Of a DNA stretch of 64,000 nt, positions 20,615-29,585 are shown piece after piece; within the stretch, counting starts at the first letter, position 1; the number at the start of each line of letters is the position of its first letter. Origin of the DNA: Candidatus Woesearchaeota archaeon. GTDB taxonomy: Archaea > Nanobdellota > Nanobdellia > SCGC-AAA011-G17 > GW2011-AR18. Made by a program: the position numbers and the translations under genes. Under the pieces are notes generated by a model. The model was not told the origin of the DNA. It made no database searches and worked only from the letters and a program-made list of their open reading frames with translations. Where the stretch lies: assembly GCA_018302765.1 (NCBI GenBank), contig JAGVZG010000003.1, positions 11,081-75,080 on the forward strand. Reading direction: 5' to 3'.

Positions 20615-22060
20615 TTATCTGTCTCTTATTATATTTTGTACATACCTATTGCCATAAATTTTATTTCCCTTCAAGACATAATCAGCTAAAAGGAATAACT
20701 TATTCAACAAAAACAGTATTTTAGTTCTCACTACATAAGATTTTTTCTCTAGATTTTTTGTATCAACAAATTCTACATAAAAATTATCATGTTTATGATT
20801 ATTCAGAATCCCACATAATATAGACAAAGCTGAATCCAGATATTTCTTATTATTTGTTAATTCATATATTTTAAGCAAAGTTACTGTAATGTCATTTTGT
20901 GTGTCCAACCATGAAATATTAGTAGATAATCTGCTTAAATTTAACATCTTATCATTAAGTAAATTAGTATCATAATCATGAACTATTTCTGGAATTAAAC
21001 CTGATTCTGTTTGCCTAGACAAAATTGAGTCAACTAAAGCTTGAGCAAATTCAATTGTGCTGTTATTACCTATTAATCTATATACTTCTAACAAAGAATC
21101 TATAACGCCTCTTTCAGAAGCTAAATAATGAATATTATACTTATCATTTTTAGACCATACAGAGTATAATACTCCATCTCTGTATAATTTAATTTTAACA
21201 TTATCAACCCACTTATTTAAAGCATCGTTTATATCTTCTCTGCATAAAATAAAATTAGTACTAACTAAACTGTCTACTAAATTAGTATTACATTTCGTCA
21301 TGACAGCAGTTTCAAATGAGAAAGAAGTTTTATTTTTAAATAATAATTTAGTTGCAAAATTTAAATAGGATTTTGTGCACGCAAAAGGAAATAAACCTTC
21401 ACTTTTAAAAAATTCATTATTCAACCATGGACTAATCATCCTATTAGCTAAATCCAAATAATTTTTTTCATTCGTAAATTCATAAAGATTTAGAACTTCC
21501 TCAATATAAACACCGCTGAAATTACCAATATGCAAAGGTATCTTAAAAAGCGATGGGTATATCCCAAAATAAATATAACCTTCATCTGACAAAAAATTCT
21601 TAGAAAATCCATCAAAAAACTTTCTGCTTGAAAATAAATAAAAATTATCTTTAGTGATCATATACATTAAGTTAATACCTAAAATAACGTCTGACATTTT
21701 ATCAGCATCAAATAGTCTATAATTGGTTTGCTTGGGGCATTCTTTTTTTGAGGTGTTATAATCTGTTAAAAATAAGCCATTAGGCATTTGAAAATTATGT
21801 ATTATATGCCTGGCCTTCTTATTTGCCCATAAAAAATATTTAGAATCTGCTGTCACATTACCTAACCATGCGACAAAAGGTATATAATTACCAGAATCAG
21901 CTACCACAGCCACACCATAATTTGTCTTATTGTTTAAATCGACAAATTCACAAGGTATGTCATTGTTCTTACTAATATCTATTAAAGAATCAACTAGTAA
22001 TTTAGATTCATTAATCAACATATCTGGGTTGCTTAATAAGTCCTCTACTTTTATCATCAA
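20615..22060 (-). CDS. Hypothetical protein, possibly (alpha/alpha)6 six-hairpin fold (AGE-epimerase / glycosidase-like)
   Basis: Repeated aromatic/leucine helical pattern (LLKIYELTNNKKYLDSALSI, LLEVYRLIGNNSTIEFAQALV) reminiscent of six-hairpin sugar epimerases/hydrolases. No definitive catalytic motif. Confidence 0.35.
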   Translation of the reverse strand: MMIKVEDLLSNPDMLINESKLLVDSLIDISKNNDIPCEFVDLNNKTNYGVAVVADSGNYIPFVAWLGNVTADSKYFLWANKKARHIIHNFQMPNGLFLTDYNTSKKECPKQTNYRLFDADKMSDVILGINLMYMITKDNFYLFSSRKFFDGFSKNFLSDEGYIYFGIYPSLFKIPLHIGNFSGVYIEEVLNLYEFTNEKNYLDLANRMISPWLNNEFFKSEGLFPFACTKSYLNFATKLLFKNKTSFSFETAVMTKCNTNLVDSLVSTNFILCREDINDALNKWVDNVKIKLYRDGVLYSVWSKNDKYNIHYLASERGVIDSLLEVYRLIGNNSTIEFAQALVDSILSRQTESGLIPEIVHDYDTNLLNDKMLNLSRLSTNISWLDTQNDITVTLLKIYELTNNKKYLDSALSILCGILNNHKHDNFYVEFVDTKNLEKKSYVVRTKILFLLNKLFLLADYVLKGNKIYGNRYVQNIIRDR

Positions 22061-22142
22061 ACCTCCAATATTATAAATTAAGATTTTAAGAAAATTATTT
22101 AAAGTTATCCTAGCAAGACATCTTTATTTTAATTAAATGCCA

Positions 22143-23579
22143 CTAGAATTGATCGTAGTACATATCTAAAAATCTTACACCAAGTTCTCTTATAGCCTTT
22201 ATTCTAGATAATTTAAATGCCATATAACCTAACGGTTTTCCAAATAGTCTCTTTAGTATGTACTGTTCAGATTCTATCTGGAATTCTTTTAACATTTTAA
22301 TTCTTTGTTCAATTGGATACTCCTCAGTCTCAAATGCAGGTTTAAACAAAGCTGTATCTAAAACGCCCCTTGTTTGGGATACTTCTTCGTGCATAGCATC
22401 TAATTCCATTAAAGGCTTAGCATTCTGTCTTACCCAATCATACATTTCCGTACCCGGAAAAGGAACAAGATGCCCCATTTTTGGCATATCTATTTCTAAT
22501 TCCTTAAAAAATTCTATATATTTCTTTTCTTTTTCGTATGTAGATTTAGGCAGACCTGCCATAAAGGGTGCTTTTATTATCAAGCCAGCTCTTTTTGCAT
22601 CTCTAACTGCATTCCTAACTTGTGCAACAGTATGAGGTTTTCTTATAGCTCTTAAAACCTCATCATCTGCACTTTCAATTCCAAAATATAATACTATGCA
22701 ACCAGCATCGTGCATCTTCTTAAATAAATCATAACTTCCTTTACTAGGACTAAAACCCTGACCAACCACCCACGTGAAATTTTTATGTAAACCTCTATTT
22801 ATTATTTCATCGCACATTTCAATAATCCTATTTTTATAAATAGCTATATTATCATCCATGAACTGAAAATTTTTGTTTTTGTATTTTGTATAAACTTGCT
22901 CTAATTCATCTACAACATTCTTTGGACTTCTTACTCTATAAGATGCATTAACTTTTACAGAATCACAAAACTTACAACTATAAGGACAGCCTCTTGAGCT
23001 TGTAATTGGAAACTTAATTTTTGATAATCTACTTTTATATTTCTTAAGAGGAAACAAATCCCAATTAGGAAAAGGCAAAGCATCTAAATCTTGTATTGCC
23101 TTTGGCGGGTTTATTCTTGGAATGCCCTCTTCATTTCTGTAGCATAATCCAGGTATATCATAAAAGCTTTCGCCCCTTTCATATCTATTAACAAACTCCA
23201 ATAAAGAATATTCTCCTTCTCCCATAAACGCATAATCTACAAAAGGTTTATTTAGAAATTTTGTTGGCAATAATGTTACTTCTGGTCCACCAACCACAAC
23301 CATAGCTCCTGTTTCTTCCTTAATAATTTTCATTAGTTCATAGCCCTGATCTAAAGACAATGCTACTAAAGAAAACCCAACAATATCTGGTTTTGATTTA
23401 TGTAATAATTTCTTGAAATACTTAGTGGTATAACCTCTCAAACGCATATCAACCAAAAGAACTTCATGACTTGCTTTTTCTAGTACTGTACCAACATAAG
23501 CTATGCCCATCACCGGTCTTTTTGCAAAATAATTTTCAGCTATATCCTTAGGATATACTAACATTACTTTCATAAACAA
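22143..23579 (-). CDS. Cobalamin-binding (class B) radical SAM enzyme
   Basis: N-terminal B12-binding domain (MLVYPKD...PDIVGFSLVALSLDQ...VVVGGPEVT). Radical SAM motif SSRGCPYSCKFC. Host-like composition. Confidence 0.8.
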   Translation of the reverse strand: MFMKVMLVYPKDIAENYFAKRPVMGIAYVGTVLEKASHEVLLVDMRLRGYTTKYFKKLLHKSKPDIVGFSLVALSLDQGYELMKIIKEETGAMVVVGGPEVTLLPTKFLNKPFVDYAFMGEGEYSLLEFVNRYERGESFYDIPGLCYRNEEGIPRINPPKAIQDLDALPFPNWDLFPLKKYKSRLSKIKFPITSSRGCPYSCKFCDSVKVNASYRVRSPKNVVDELEQVYTKYKNKNFQFMDDNIAIYKNRIIEMCDEIINRGLHKNFTWVVGQGFSPSKGSYDLFKKMHDAGCIVLYFGIESADDEVLRAIRKPHTVAQVRNAVRDAKRAGLIIKAPFMAGLPKSTYEKEKKYIEFFKELEIDMPKMGHLVPFPGTEMYDWVRQNAKPLMELDAMHEEVSQTRGVLDTALFKPAFETEEYPIEQRIKMLKEFQIESEQYILKRLFGKPLGYMAFKLSRIKAIRELGVRFLDMYYDQF

Positions 23580-23668
23580 AATAAGAGATATTAAGTTTAT
23601 AAATCTTTCCTACAAAAATTATAGTAAAAACAAAAGCTTAAAAATAGTTTCCTTATGCCATTTTTGCT

Positions 23669-23968
23669 ATGAAACAAGAGAGTCAAAAAAATTATAGAAT
23701 AGAATATATTAAACCTGGTTGTATTGGATGCAGGGCATGTGCAAAAATATGTCCAAACTTTTGGGAGATGGAAGATGATAAAACAAAACCATTTCCTAAA
23801 GCAATTCTTAAATTATCTAAAAAAGTAATAAACAAAGAGGGAGTCGTACTAAAAGAAACACTAGAAACCAATGATAAAGAAACAGCTATAACATCTATCA
23901 GTATTTGTCCTGTAACTGTTATAAAGGCATTCGAAACCAAGACAAATAAACAACTAGAGAAACTTTAA
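23669..23968 (+). CDS. Small single-cluster [4Fe-4S]/[3Fe-4S] ferredoxin
   Basis: CIGCRACAKICP (CxxCxxCxxxCP) plus a distal ICPV cysteine. 99 aa. Divergent from the adjacent B12-radical SAM gene. Confidence 0.6.
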   Translation: MKQESQKNYRIEYIKPGCIGCRACAKICPNFWEMEDDKTKPFPKAILKLSKKVINKEGVVLKETLETNDKETAITSISICPVTVIKAFETKTNKQLEKL

Positions 23969-24210
23969 TTCTTACCTTCGTATAAATTACATTCAAATTT
24001 TACTTCTTCAACATTCTCCAAAGTCTCAGATGGATAATTCCTGATTTCTTTTAATTTATATTCTTTAGAATAACTTTCTATTAATTTTTTCAAATTAGAT
24101 ATAACCTCTCCTTTAGTAGTTCCAGTAGCAGTTACTAAAAGCTCTTTGCACCTTGCAATATATATTTCCTCCTCTTCATAAATAAGTGCAGTAAAAGTTT
24201 TTATTTTCAT
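23965..24210 (-). CDS. HicB-like (UPF0150) antitoxin-fold protein, orphan
   Basis: FTALIYEEEEIYIARCKELLVTATGTTKGEVISNLKKLIESY resembles the HicB/UPF0150 RNase-H-like fold N-terminal domain. No HicA partner detected nearby. Confidence 0.4.
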   Translation of the reverse strand: MKIKTFTALIYEEEEIYIARCKELLVTATGTTKGEVISNLKKLIESYSKEYKLKEIRNYPSETLENVEEVKFECNLYEGKN

Positions 24211-24308
24211 ATATGGCCATTAGAGTAAAAATTTATAAATATGCTCTTTTAAGTTTTATGAACTATAAAAACAACATATTTAAGTATTAATAATTTTGCA
24301 AGTGTATA

Positions 24309-25823
24309 ATGAGTAAAAATCTAAATAATCTAGCTGAAGGTGCTAGCATAATATTCTTAGGGATTGCAATTTCAAAATTATTGCATTACATATACAGGGC
24401 AATTATAGCAAGAATGCTTACTCCTGGAGATTATGGTATAATAATATTAGGCATGTCGGTAATAAGTATATTTGGATGGGTTGCATTATTCGGATTAAAC
24501 CAAGCAGCAGAAAGAAACATAAGTTTTTATCACAATAAAAAAAGAGAGTTAAAAGGTGTTTTATTATCAATATTAAAATTTGGATTTCCACTGGCGCTAG
24601 TACTTTCACTACTGCTTCTAATGCTTTCAAAAGATATAAGTCTTATTCTAAAAAAAGAAAATCTAATACAAATAATCAAGATAATGTCTTTTGGAGTGAT
24701 GGGTTACTCTCTCGCAGAAATTTCAGGCTCTATATTGCGTGGTTTTAAAAAAATAAGGGAATTTGTTTATGTAAAATACATAATAGAACCTGCATCAAGA
24801 ACAATTCTGACAATAATATTTATAATACTTGGATTAAAAATTAAAGGCGCTGCAATAGCCTACATCTTAAGCCTGTTTATTTCAATAGTAATAGCCATGC
24901 TGATAATCAGAAAAACAGCATACAAAGCTATTAAAAAAATAAAAGCTATAAATATGGATTTAAAAATAATAAAATTCTCATGGCCATTATTATTCACAGG
25001 TCTAGTATTCTCAATTACAGGATGGATAGACACATTGATGATAGCTTATTTTTCAACAGAAGAATTAGTTGGTCTGTACAATACAGCACTTCCAACTGCA
25101 GGCATAATTCTTATTACTCAAAGTTCATTTGACGGAGTATTTATTCCCATTATGTCAAGGTTATTTTCAAAAAAAGACTACAAAAACATAAAAGAAAATT
25201 ACGAAAGAGTAACAAAGTGGATAACAATACTGACAATACCTTTATTCATGTCTATAATATTTTTCTCTAAGGGAATTATAAATATATTATTTGGAACGCC
25301 GTATCTAGAAGCATATAAGCCTACAATAATTCTTGCTGTGGGTTTTCTAATGGTTATGATTGTAGGTCCATGTGAAAATATGTTAAATGTAACTTTCAAA
25401 ACAAAACTAAAAATGTATCTAAGAATAATAATGTTAATTATAAATATAATATTAAATCTTATACTAATCCCAAGATATGGAATAAGCGGAGCTGCAATAT
25501 CAACATCAGTAGCACTAACATTTTATAATATATGCTGTTTTATATATGTAAAAAATAAATTCAATGTTAATATTATAAAACTAAAAACAATTTCAATTAT
25601 ATTGGCCAGTGCATTATTGCCATTATTATTAAGTATTTTATACAACCCATTAAATAAGCTTGTAACAATGTCATTCATAATATTATCTTTAATCTATTCA
25701 ACAATAATAATCATACTAATGAAATACCTAAATAAAGAAGATATAATTATTATTTACGATATAGAAAAAAAATTAAACATAAAACACACAATAAGTTCAA
25801 TATTAACAAAATACTCAAAGTAA
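24309..25823 (+). CDS. Wzx-type oligosaccharide flippase (polysaccharide biosynthesis protein, MOP superfamily)
   Basis: 504 aa, ~14 TM. N-terminal LGIAISKLLHYIYRAIIARMLTPGDYGIIILGMSVISIF block typical of Wzx/RfbX proteins. Confidence 0.7.
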   Translation: MSKNLNNLAEGASIIFLGIAISKLLHYIYRAIIARMLTPGDYGIIILGMSVISIFGWVALFGLNQAAERNISFYHNKKRELKGVLLSILKFGFPLALVLSLLLLMLSKDISLILKKENLIQIIKIMSFGVMGYSLAEISGSILRGFKKIREFVYVKYIIEPASRTILTIIFIILGLKIKGAAIAYILSLFISIVIAMLIIRKTAYKAIKKIKAINMDLKIIKFSWPLLFTGLVFSITGWIDTLMIAYFSTEELVGLYNTALPTAGIILITQSSFDGVFIPIMSRLFSKKDYKNIKENYERVTKWITILTIPLFMSIIFFSKGIINILFGTPYLEAYKPTIILAVGFLMVMIVGPCENMLNVTFKTKLKMYLRIIMLIINIILNLILIPRYGISGAAISTSVALTFYNICCFIYVKNKFNVNIIKLKTISIILASALLPLLLSILYNPLNKLVTMSFIILSLIYSTIIIILMKYLNKEDIIIIYDIEKKLNIKHTISSILTKYSK

Positions 25824-25826
25824 TAA

Positions 25827-26576
25827 TCACTTAATCTTAGCAACAGCAATCCACTCATAAGGCTGCGAAGATGGTACAAGTTCTATTAATCTAAGCAGTA
25901 AATATAAAGTATAAGTAAGTATTTTTATCTTGGAAAACTTAGAGATGAATTCCTGAACCTTAAAGTGGTTTATATTATTAACTAAACTAACAACAGTAAA
26001 TTCATTATCTTCTAACTCTTTAATTATAGTTTTTTTAGTCCAGAATTCATCATAAACAGGCGAAGGATAATGTTTAGTATGCCACTTATAAATAAACCCA
26101 TTAGGAACGTCAAATATCAAATAACTATTTCTTGACATTAATTTCTTTATGCTTTTATAAAGAATTCTCCTTTTACTTATATCAAAGTGCCTAATAAATT
26201 TAAAGCTATAAACAAGATCAAATTTCTTGCCAATATTCATCTTAAAAACATCTACAACTTTCAAATTAAATCTGCCATTTAAATTAACATTAGCTATTTT
26301 CAACATTGCCTTGCTATTATCAACTGCTAATCCATACTTAAAACCATAAACATCTTTAGAAATCCTACCAGGACCTGTAGCAACATCTATAACGCTGCTT
26401 ATTTTTTTATCTCTAATGAATTTATTAATAAATGATATCTGATTGTGATGTATTAATCTCCCTAATGGCCTATTAAACCTGCTATTTATATAGTCCTTAG
26501 CTAACTTCTCATTTTCATAGTACTTCTTTATTTCATTTACTGTTTTTTTCATCTTTAAATCCGAAAAATAATTCAT
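25827..26576 (-). CDS. Class I SAM-dependent methyltransferase
   Basis: SAM motif I VIDVATGPGRIS, motif post-I LAVDNSKAML, FDLVYSF. The true start is probably a downstream Met, because the 5' end overlaps the upstream gene by 44 nt. Confidence 0.55.
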   Translation of the reverse strand: MNYFSDLKMKKTVNEIKKYYENEKLAKDYINSRFNRPLGRLIHHNQISFINKFIRDKKISSVIDVATGPGRISKDVYGFKYGLAVDNSKAMLKIANVNLNGRFNLKVVDVFKMNIGKKFDLVYSFKFIRHFDISKRRILYKSIKKLMSRNSYLIFDVPNGFIYKWHTKHYPSPVYDEFWTKKTIIKELEDNEFTVVSLVNNINHFKVQEFISKFSKIKILTYTLYLLLRLIELVPSSQPYEWIAVAKIK

Positions 26577-27246
26577 AAAGAACTTTTAAACCCCAAAGAA
26601 GATTAAAACCAATAAAGTAATACAATAAAAAATACTTCATAAAACCAGATAAAACAAATGAATCAATTATAGCAAATAAGAAAAAAACATTATGAAAATA
26701 AGGAATTAAAAACAAATTTTTATATGATCTAACTAATTTTTTCTTAAATGGAATTTTTGCAACATCTTTTCTAAAAGCCTTTTCAGGATGGATTTTTACA
26801 TCTTCTAATCTAACTAACTCCACCATAGAATAGCCAAAAATAGAAAAAACCCCAAAGAACAAAAATAATTTTGATTCTGTAGTCAAGAATATGCTAAAAG
26901 TTAATGCAGATAAAGGTAATAAGTAAGATAACCAAGTAGAAATCCAATCAAAAAATTCTCCCCATTTAAGAGACTTTGTCTTATTATATCTTGCAATCTC
27001 GCCATCCACATAATCCAATATTGCAGCTAATCCAAACAAAAATCCTCCTAACAAATAATTATTAAAAAAAATCAAAACAGAAGAAACAATAACCAAGGAA
27101 GCCCAGAAAGCAGAAACTTGGTTTGCAGTTATTGGAGTATGAACCAAGACCCAGCTTATATAAGGTGAAATATATCTATAACCCATCCAGCTGACAGTAG
27201 GGGGTTGAACAATATTTTTATATTGCTTAAAACTTACCATAAACAA
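26533..27246 (-). CDS. CDP-alcohol phosphatidyltransferase-family membrane enzyme (candidate CMP-phosphonate head-group transferase)
   Basis: Multi-TM. DG-x2-AR-x9-G-x3-D signature (LDYVDGEIARYNKTKSLKWGEFFDW) matches the CDP-alcohol phosphotransferase motif D-G-x2-A-R-x8-9-G-x3-D. The second Asp of the canonical D-x3-D is replaced. Confidence 0.5.
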   Translation of the reverse strand: MFMVSFKQYKNIVQPPTVSWMGYRYISPYISWVLVHTPITANQVSAFWASLVIVSSVLIFFNNYLLGGFLFGLAAILDYVDGEIARYNKTKSLKWGEFFDWISTWLSYLLPLSALTFSIFLTTESKLFLFFGVFSIFGYSMVELVRLEDVKIHPEKAFRKDVAKIPFKKKLVRSYKNLFLIPYFHNVFFLFAIIDSFVLSGFMKYFLLYYFIGFNLLWGLKVLYELFFGFKDEKNSK

Positions 27247-27299
27247 AACACAGTAAATAGTCTTTTAAAACTTATGAATTTACAAACTCAAAATATTAT

Positions 27300-28445
27300 T
27301 TAATAGATTTTCCTTAGCATAACTTCCAAAGCATCACGAGTAAGAACACGCGGATTATTTATAACTCTTTCAGGATTAAATCCTTCATTTAATACAATAT
27401 CAACGCCACTTTCAGTTACACCTAATTTTGATAATCTTCTTTCTAAACCTATTAAATCTAATAGACACTCAAGCTTATGTTTAACATATAAACAATCTGT
27501 TGTATCAAACATTAAACAAAGTTCACCCATTGTATCTAAAACATAACTTATTCCTCTTTTGTCTTGAACTGTATCTTCTTCTACTGCCCCATTATAATCA
27601 AATATAGAAGGAAGAGTTAAAGCAACTGCATGACCATGCTGCACACCAAAATGTGCACTTATTGGATAAGAAACTGAATGAGGCGCAGTTGTTCTTGCTA
27701 TATTTATTGCTTTCCCAGCAAGATTACTACCACAAGTCATAACTTCTCTGTGTTTGGCATATGGATTATTTACAACTTCATATAAAACAGGCAAAATTGA
27801 AGTAATTGCATCACTGCTATATCTCTTAGATTCGTCAGTTGATCTCACTGACCAAAAAGCTTCAATAGCCTGAGCCAGAGCATCTATGCCTGTACAAGCA
27901 GTAATATAAGGATTTAAGCTTGAAGTAAGGCCTGGATCAATAATTGCAAATTCAGGAAAAACAATTTTATTATCTAATGAATACTTTTGCTTTTCCATAT
28001 AAATAACAGCAAATTGTGTTGCTTCACTTCCAGTGCCTGCTGTAGTTGGTATAAGAATTTTAGGCAAACTTTTTCCTATTAGAGGAATTTTTTTTGTGAT
28101 TAAACTTTTATAATCATCAATTAATTGTGTAGATAAAACAGCAATGCATTTTGCAGTGTCTAAAACATTTCCACCTCCAATTCCAACAACAACATCAGCT
28201 CCACTGCTGCGTGCAATAGAAACACCTTCTGCTATAGTACCAATATTAGGCAACGAAGAAGAAACAATAAAACGATTAACGTTATAAGGCGAAAGTAAAA
28301 CATCAACAATTGGTTTAGCCCCACTAGCAACATAAGAAGTACTGCCTACAACAAGCATAACGTTTCTGCTGCCAAGAATATTTAAAGCTTTACTTAACTC
28401 TCGTACTTTCCCCCAGCCTTGATATTCAACAATTCCCAATTTCAT
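27300..28445 (-). CDS. Group III Fe-dependent alcohol dehydrogenase; candidate phosphonoacetaldehyde reductase (PhpC/FomC-like) forming 2-hydroxyethylphosphonate
   Basis: NVMLVVGSTS...VVVGIGGGNVLDTAKCIAV (GGGSxxD NAD motif) plus downstream His-rich metal site (HSVSYPISAHFGVQHGHAV). Sits directly after the Ppd gene in the same orientation. Confidence 0.7.
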   Translation of the reverse strand: MKLGIVEYQGWGKVRELSKALNILGSRNVMLVVGSTSYVASGAKPIVDVLLSPYNVNRFIVSSSLPNIGTIAEGVSIARSSGADVVVGIGGGNVLDTAKCIAVLSTQLIDDYKSLITKKIPLIGKSLPKILIPTTAGTGSEATQFAVIYMEKQKYSLDNKIVFPEFAIIDPGLTSSLNPYITACTGIDALAQAIEAFWSVRSTDESKRYSSDAITSILPVLYEVVNNPYAKHREVMTCGSNLAGKAINIARTTAPHSVSYPISAHFGVQHGHAVALTLPSIFDYNGAVEEDTVQDKRGISYVLDTMGELCLMFDTTDCLYVKHKLECLLDLIGLERRLSKLGVTESGVDIVLNEGFNPERVINNPRVLTRDALEVMLRKIY

Positions 28446-29584
28446 CTCCTAAGAAAATCGCAGAAACGTTCTGTCAATTGATGAGGTGAAATTTTTTCTG
28501 TTATGCGGGACGCTTTAGGAATTTCAGAAGAAGAAACTTTTACATGTATAAAATTTGGGCCATCATTAATAAGAGATGTTTTAACAAGCTCAGATAATTT
28601 GCTAGCTGTCGTACAAAAAGCGCTGTTTCTGTAATCACAATTGAAAGCAACTTCTGAAAAATCAACAGTGCCTGACGTTGTTGGCTGACCTCCTGTTGAT
28701 TCATAAGATTCATTATCAATTACAATATGAACAAGATTTTTTGGTCTGTAGTGTCCTATTGAAGACATTACACCCATATGCATAAGCAAAGCTCCATCTC
28801 CATCAATAACAACAACTTTTTTATCTGTCGAACATGCTACGCCCAAACCTATTCCTGCTGCATGGCCCATTGATCCCTGCATATAAAAATGAGAAGTTCT
28901 GTCCTGTATTGCAAAAAGCTCACGTGAACTAGTTCCAGTAGTTGAAATAACTACAACATCTTGATTAACAGAACCAACAATAGTACATAGAGCTGTAGTT
29001 CTGCTCATTCTAAGCTTATATTCATTTTCAATAAATATATTCTTCCACTTATAATGAGGAATGTTAAAATGTCTAAAGGAATTTTCATCATGTTCTAATA
29101 CATCTTTTTTCACAACCAAAGCTACTAACTTTCTATTTTCAATAGACTCAGAATGAGCACGTTTAACACAGCCATAAGCATCAGTGTCATTCTTAGGAAG
29201 ATCATATGCAGAAATAGAAAGACTTTCAAGTATTTTACGCATTGCTTTTCCAATAATTTTATGTTGTGGTTCATCCTCTATACCATAAGCTCTTCCACTA
29301 ATAAAAAACAACATTGGTATTCCAAAAGGTATGCACAATGAAGACAAAGGATTTATTGCATTTCCTAATCCAGAATTCTGCATTATAACTACAACATTTT
29401 TTCCACCCAAATAAGCTCCTGCTGCAAAGCTTACAGCAAGTCCTTCATTAGGAGCAACAAAATAAAAAGATGTTTCATCTCTAGAAATATTATTTAATAA
29501 TGAAATAAAGTAAGAACAAGGAACTCCAGAAAAAAAACTATAACCTTTCTCTTTTAATAATTTATATAAATCAATAGATTTCAT
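28442..29584 (-). CDS. ppd: Phosphonopyruvate decarboxylase (TPP-dependent)
   Basis: N-terminal FFSGVPCSYFISLL matches the Ppd GVPCS signature. TPP-binding GDGALLMHMG. ~380 aa. Next to the PEP mutase gene. Confidence 0.8.
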   Translation of the reverse strand: MKSIDLYKLLKEKGYSFFSGVPCSYFISLLNNISRDETSFYFVAPNEGLAVSFAAGAYLGGKNVVVIMQNSGLGNAINPLSSLCIPFGIPMLFFISGRAYGIEDEPQHKIIGKAMRKILESLSISAYDLPKNDTDAYGCVKRAHSESIENRKLVALVVKKDVLEHDENSFRHFNIPHYKWKNIFIENEYKLRMSRTTALCTIVGSVNQDVVVISTTGTSSRELFAIQDRTSHFYMQGSMGHAAGIGLGVACSTDKKVVVIDGDGALLMHMGVMSSIGHYRPKNLVHIVIDNESYESTGGQPTTSGTVDFSEVAFNCDYRNSAFCTTASKLSELVKTSLINDGPNFIHVKVSSSEIPKASRITEKISPHQLTERFCDFLRR

Positions 29585-29585
29585 A

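Noticed and set aside
20619..20629. An 11-nt match (CTGTCTCTTAT) to the Tn5 mosaic end / Nextera adapter.
   Set aside because: The match breaks after 11 nt and lies inside the 3' end of a normal ORF. It is best explained as chance in AT-rich sequence, not an adapter or a transposon end.
22258..22635. A 125-aa antisense ORF inside the B12-radical SAM gene. Similar antisense or nested ORFs occur at 333-584, 3487-3711, 8399-8887, 11266-12464, 51278-51538 and 57250-58148.
   Set aside because: All lie entirely inside well-supported genes on the opposite strand or in another frame. Their composition is hydrophobic and low-complexity, with no motifs. They are spurious ORFs expected at this AT content.
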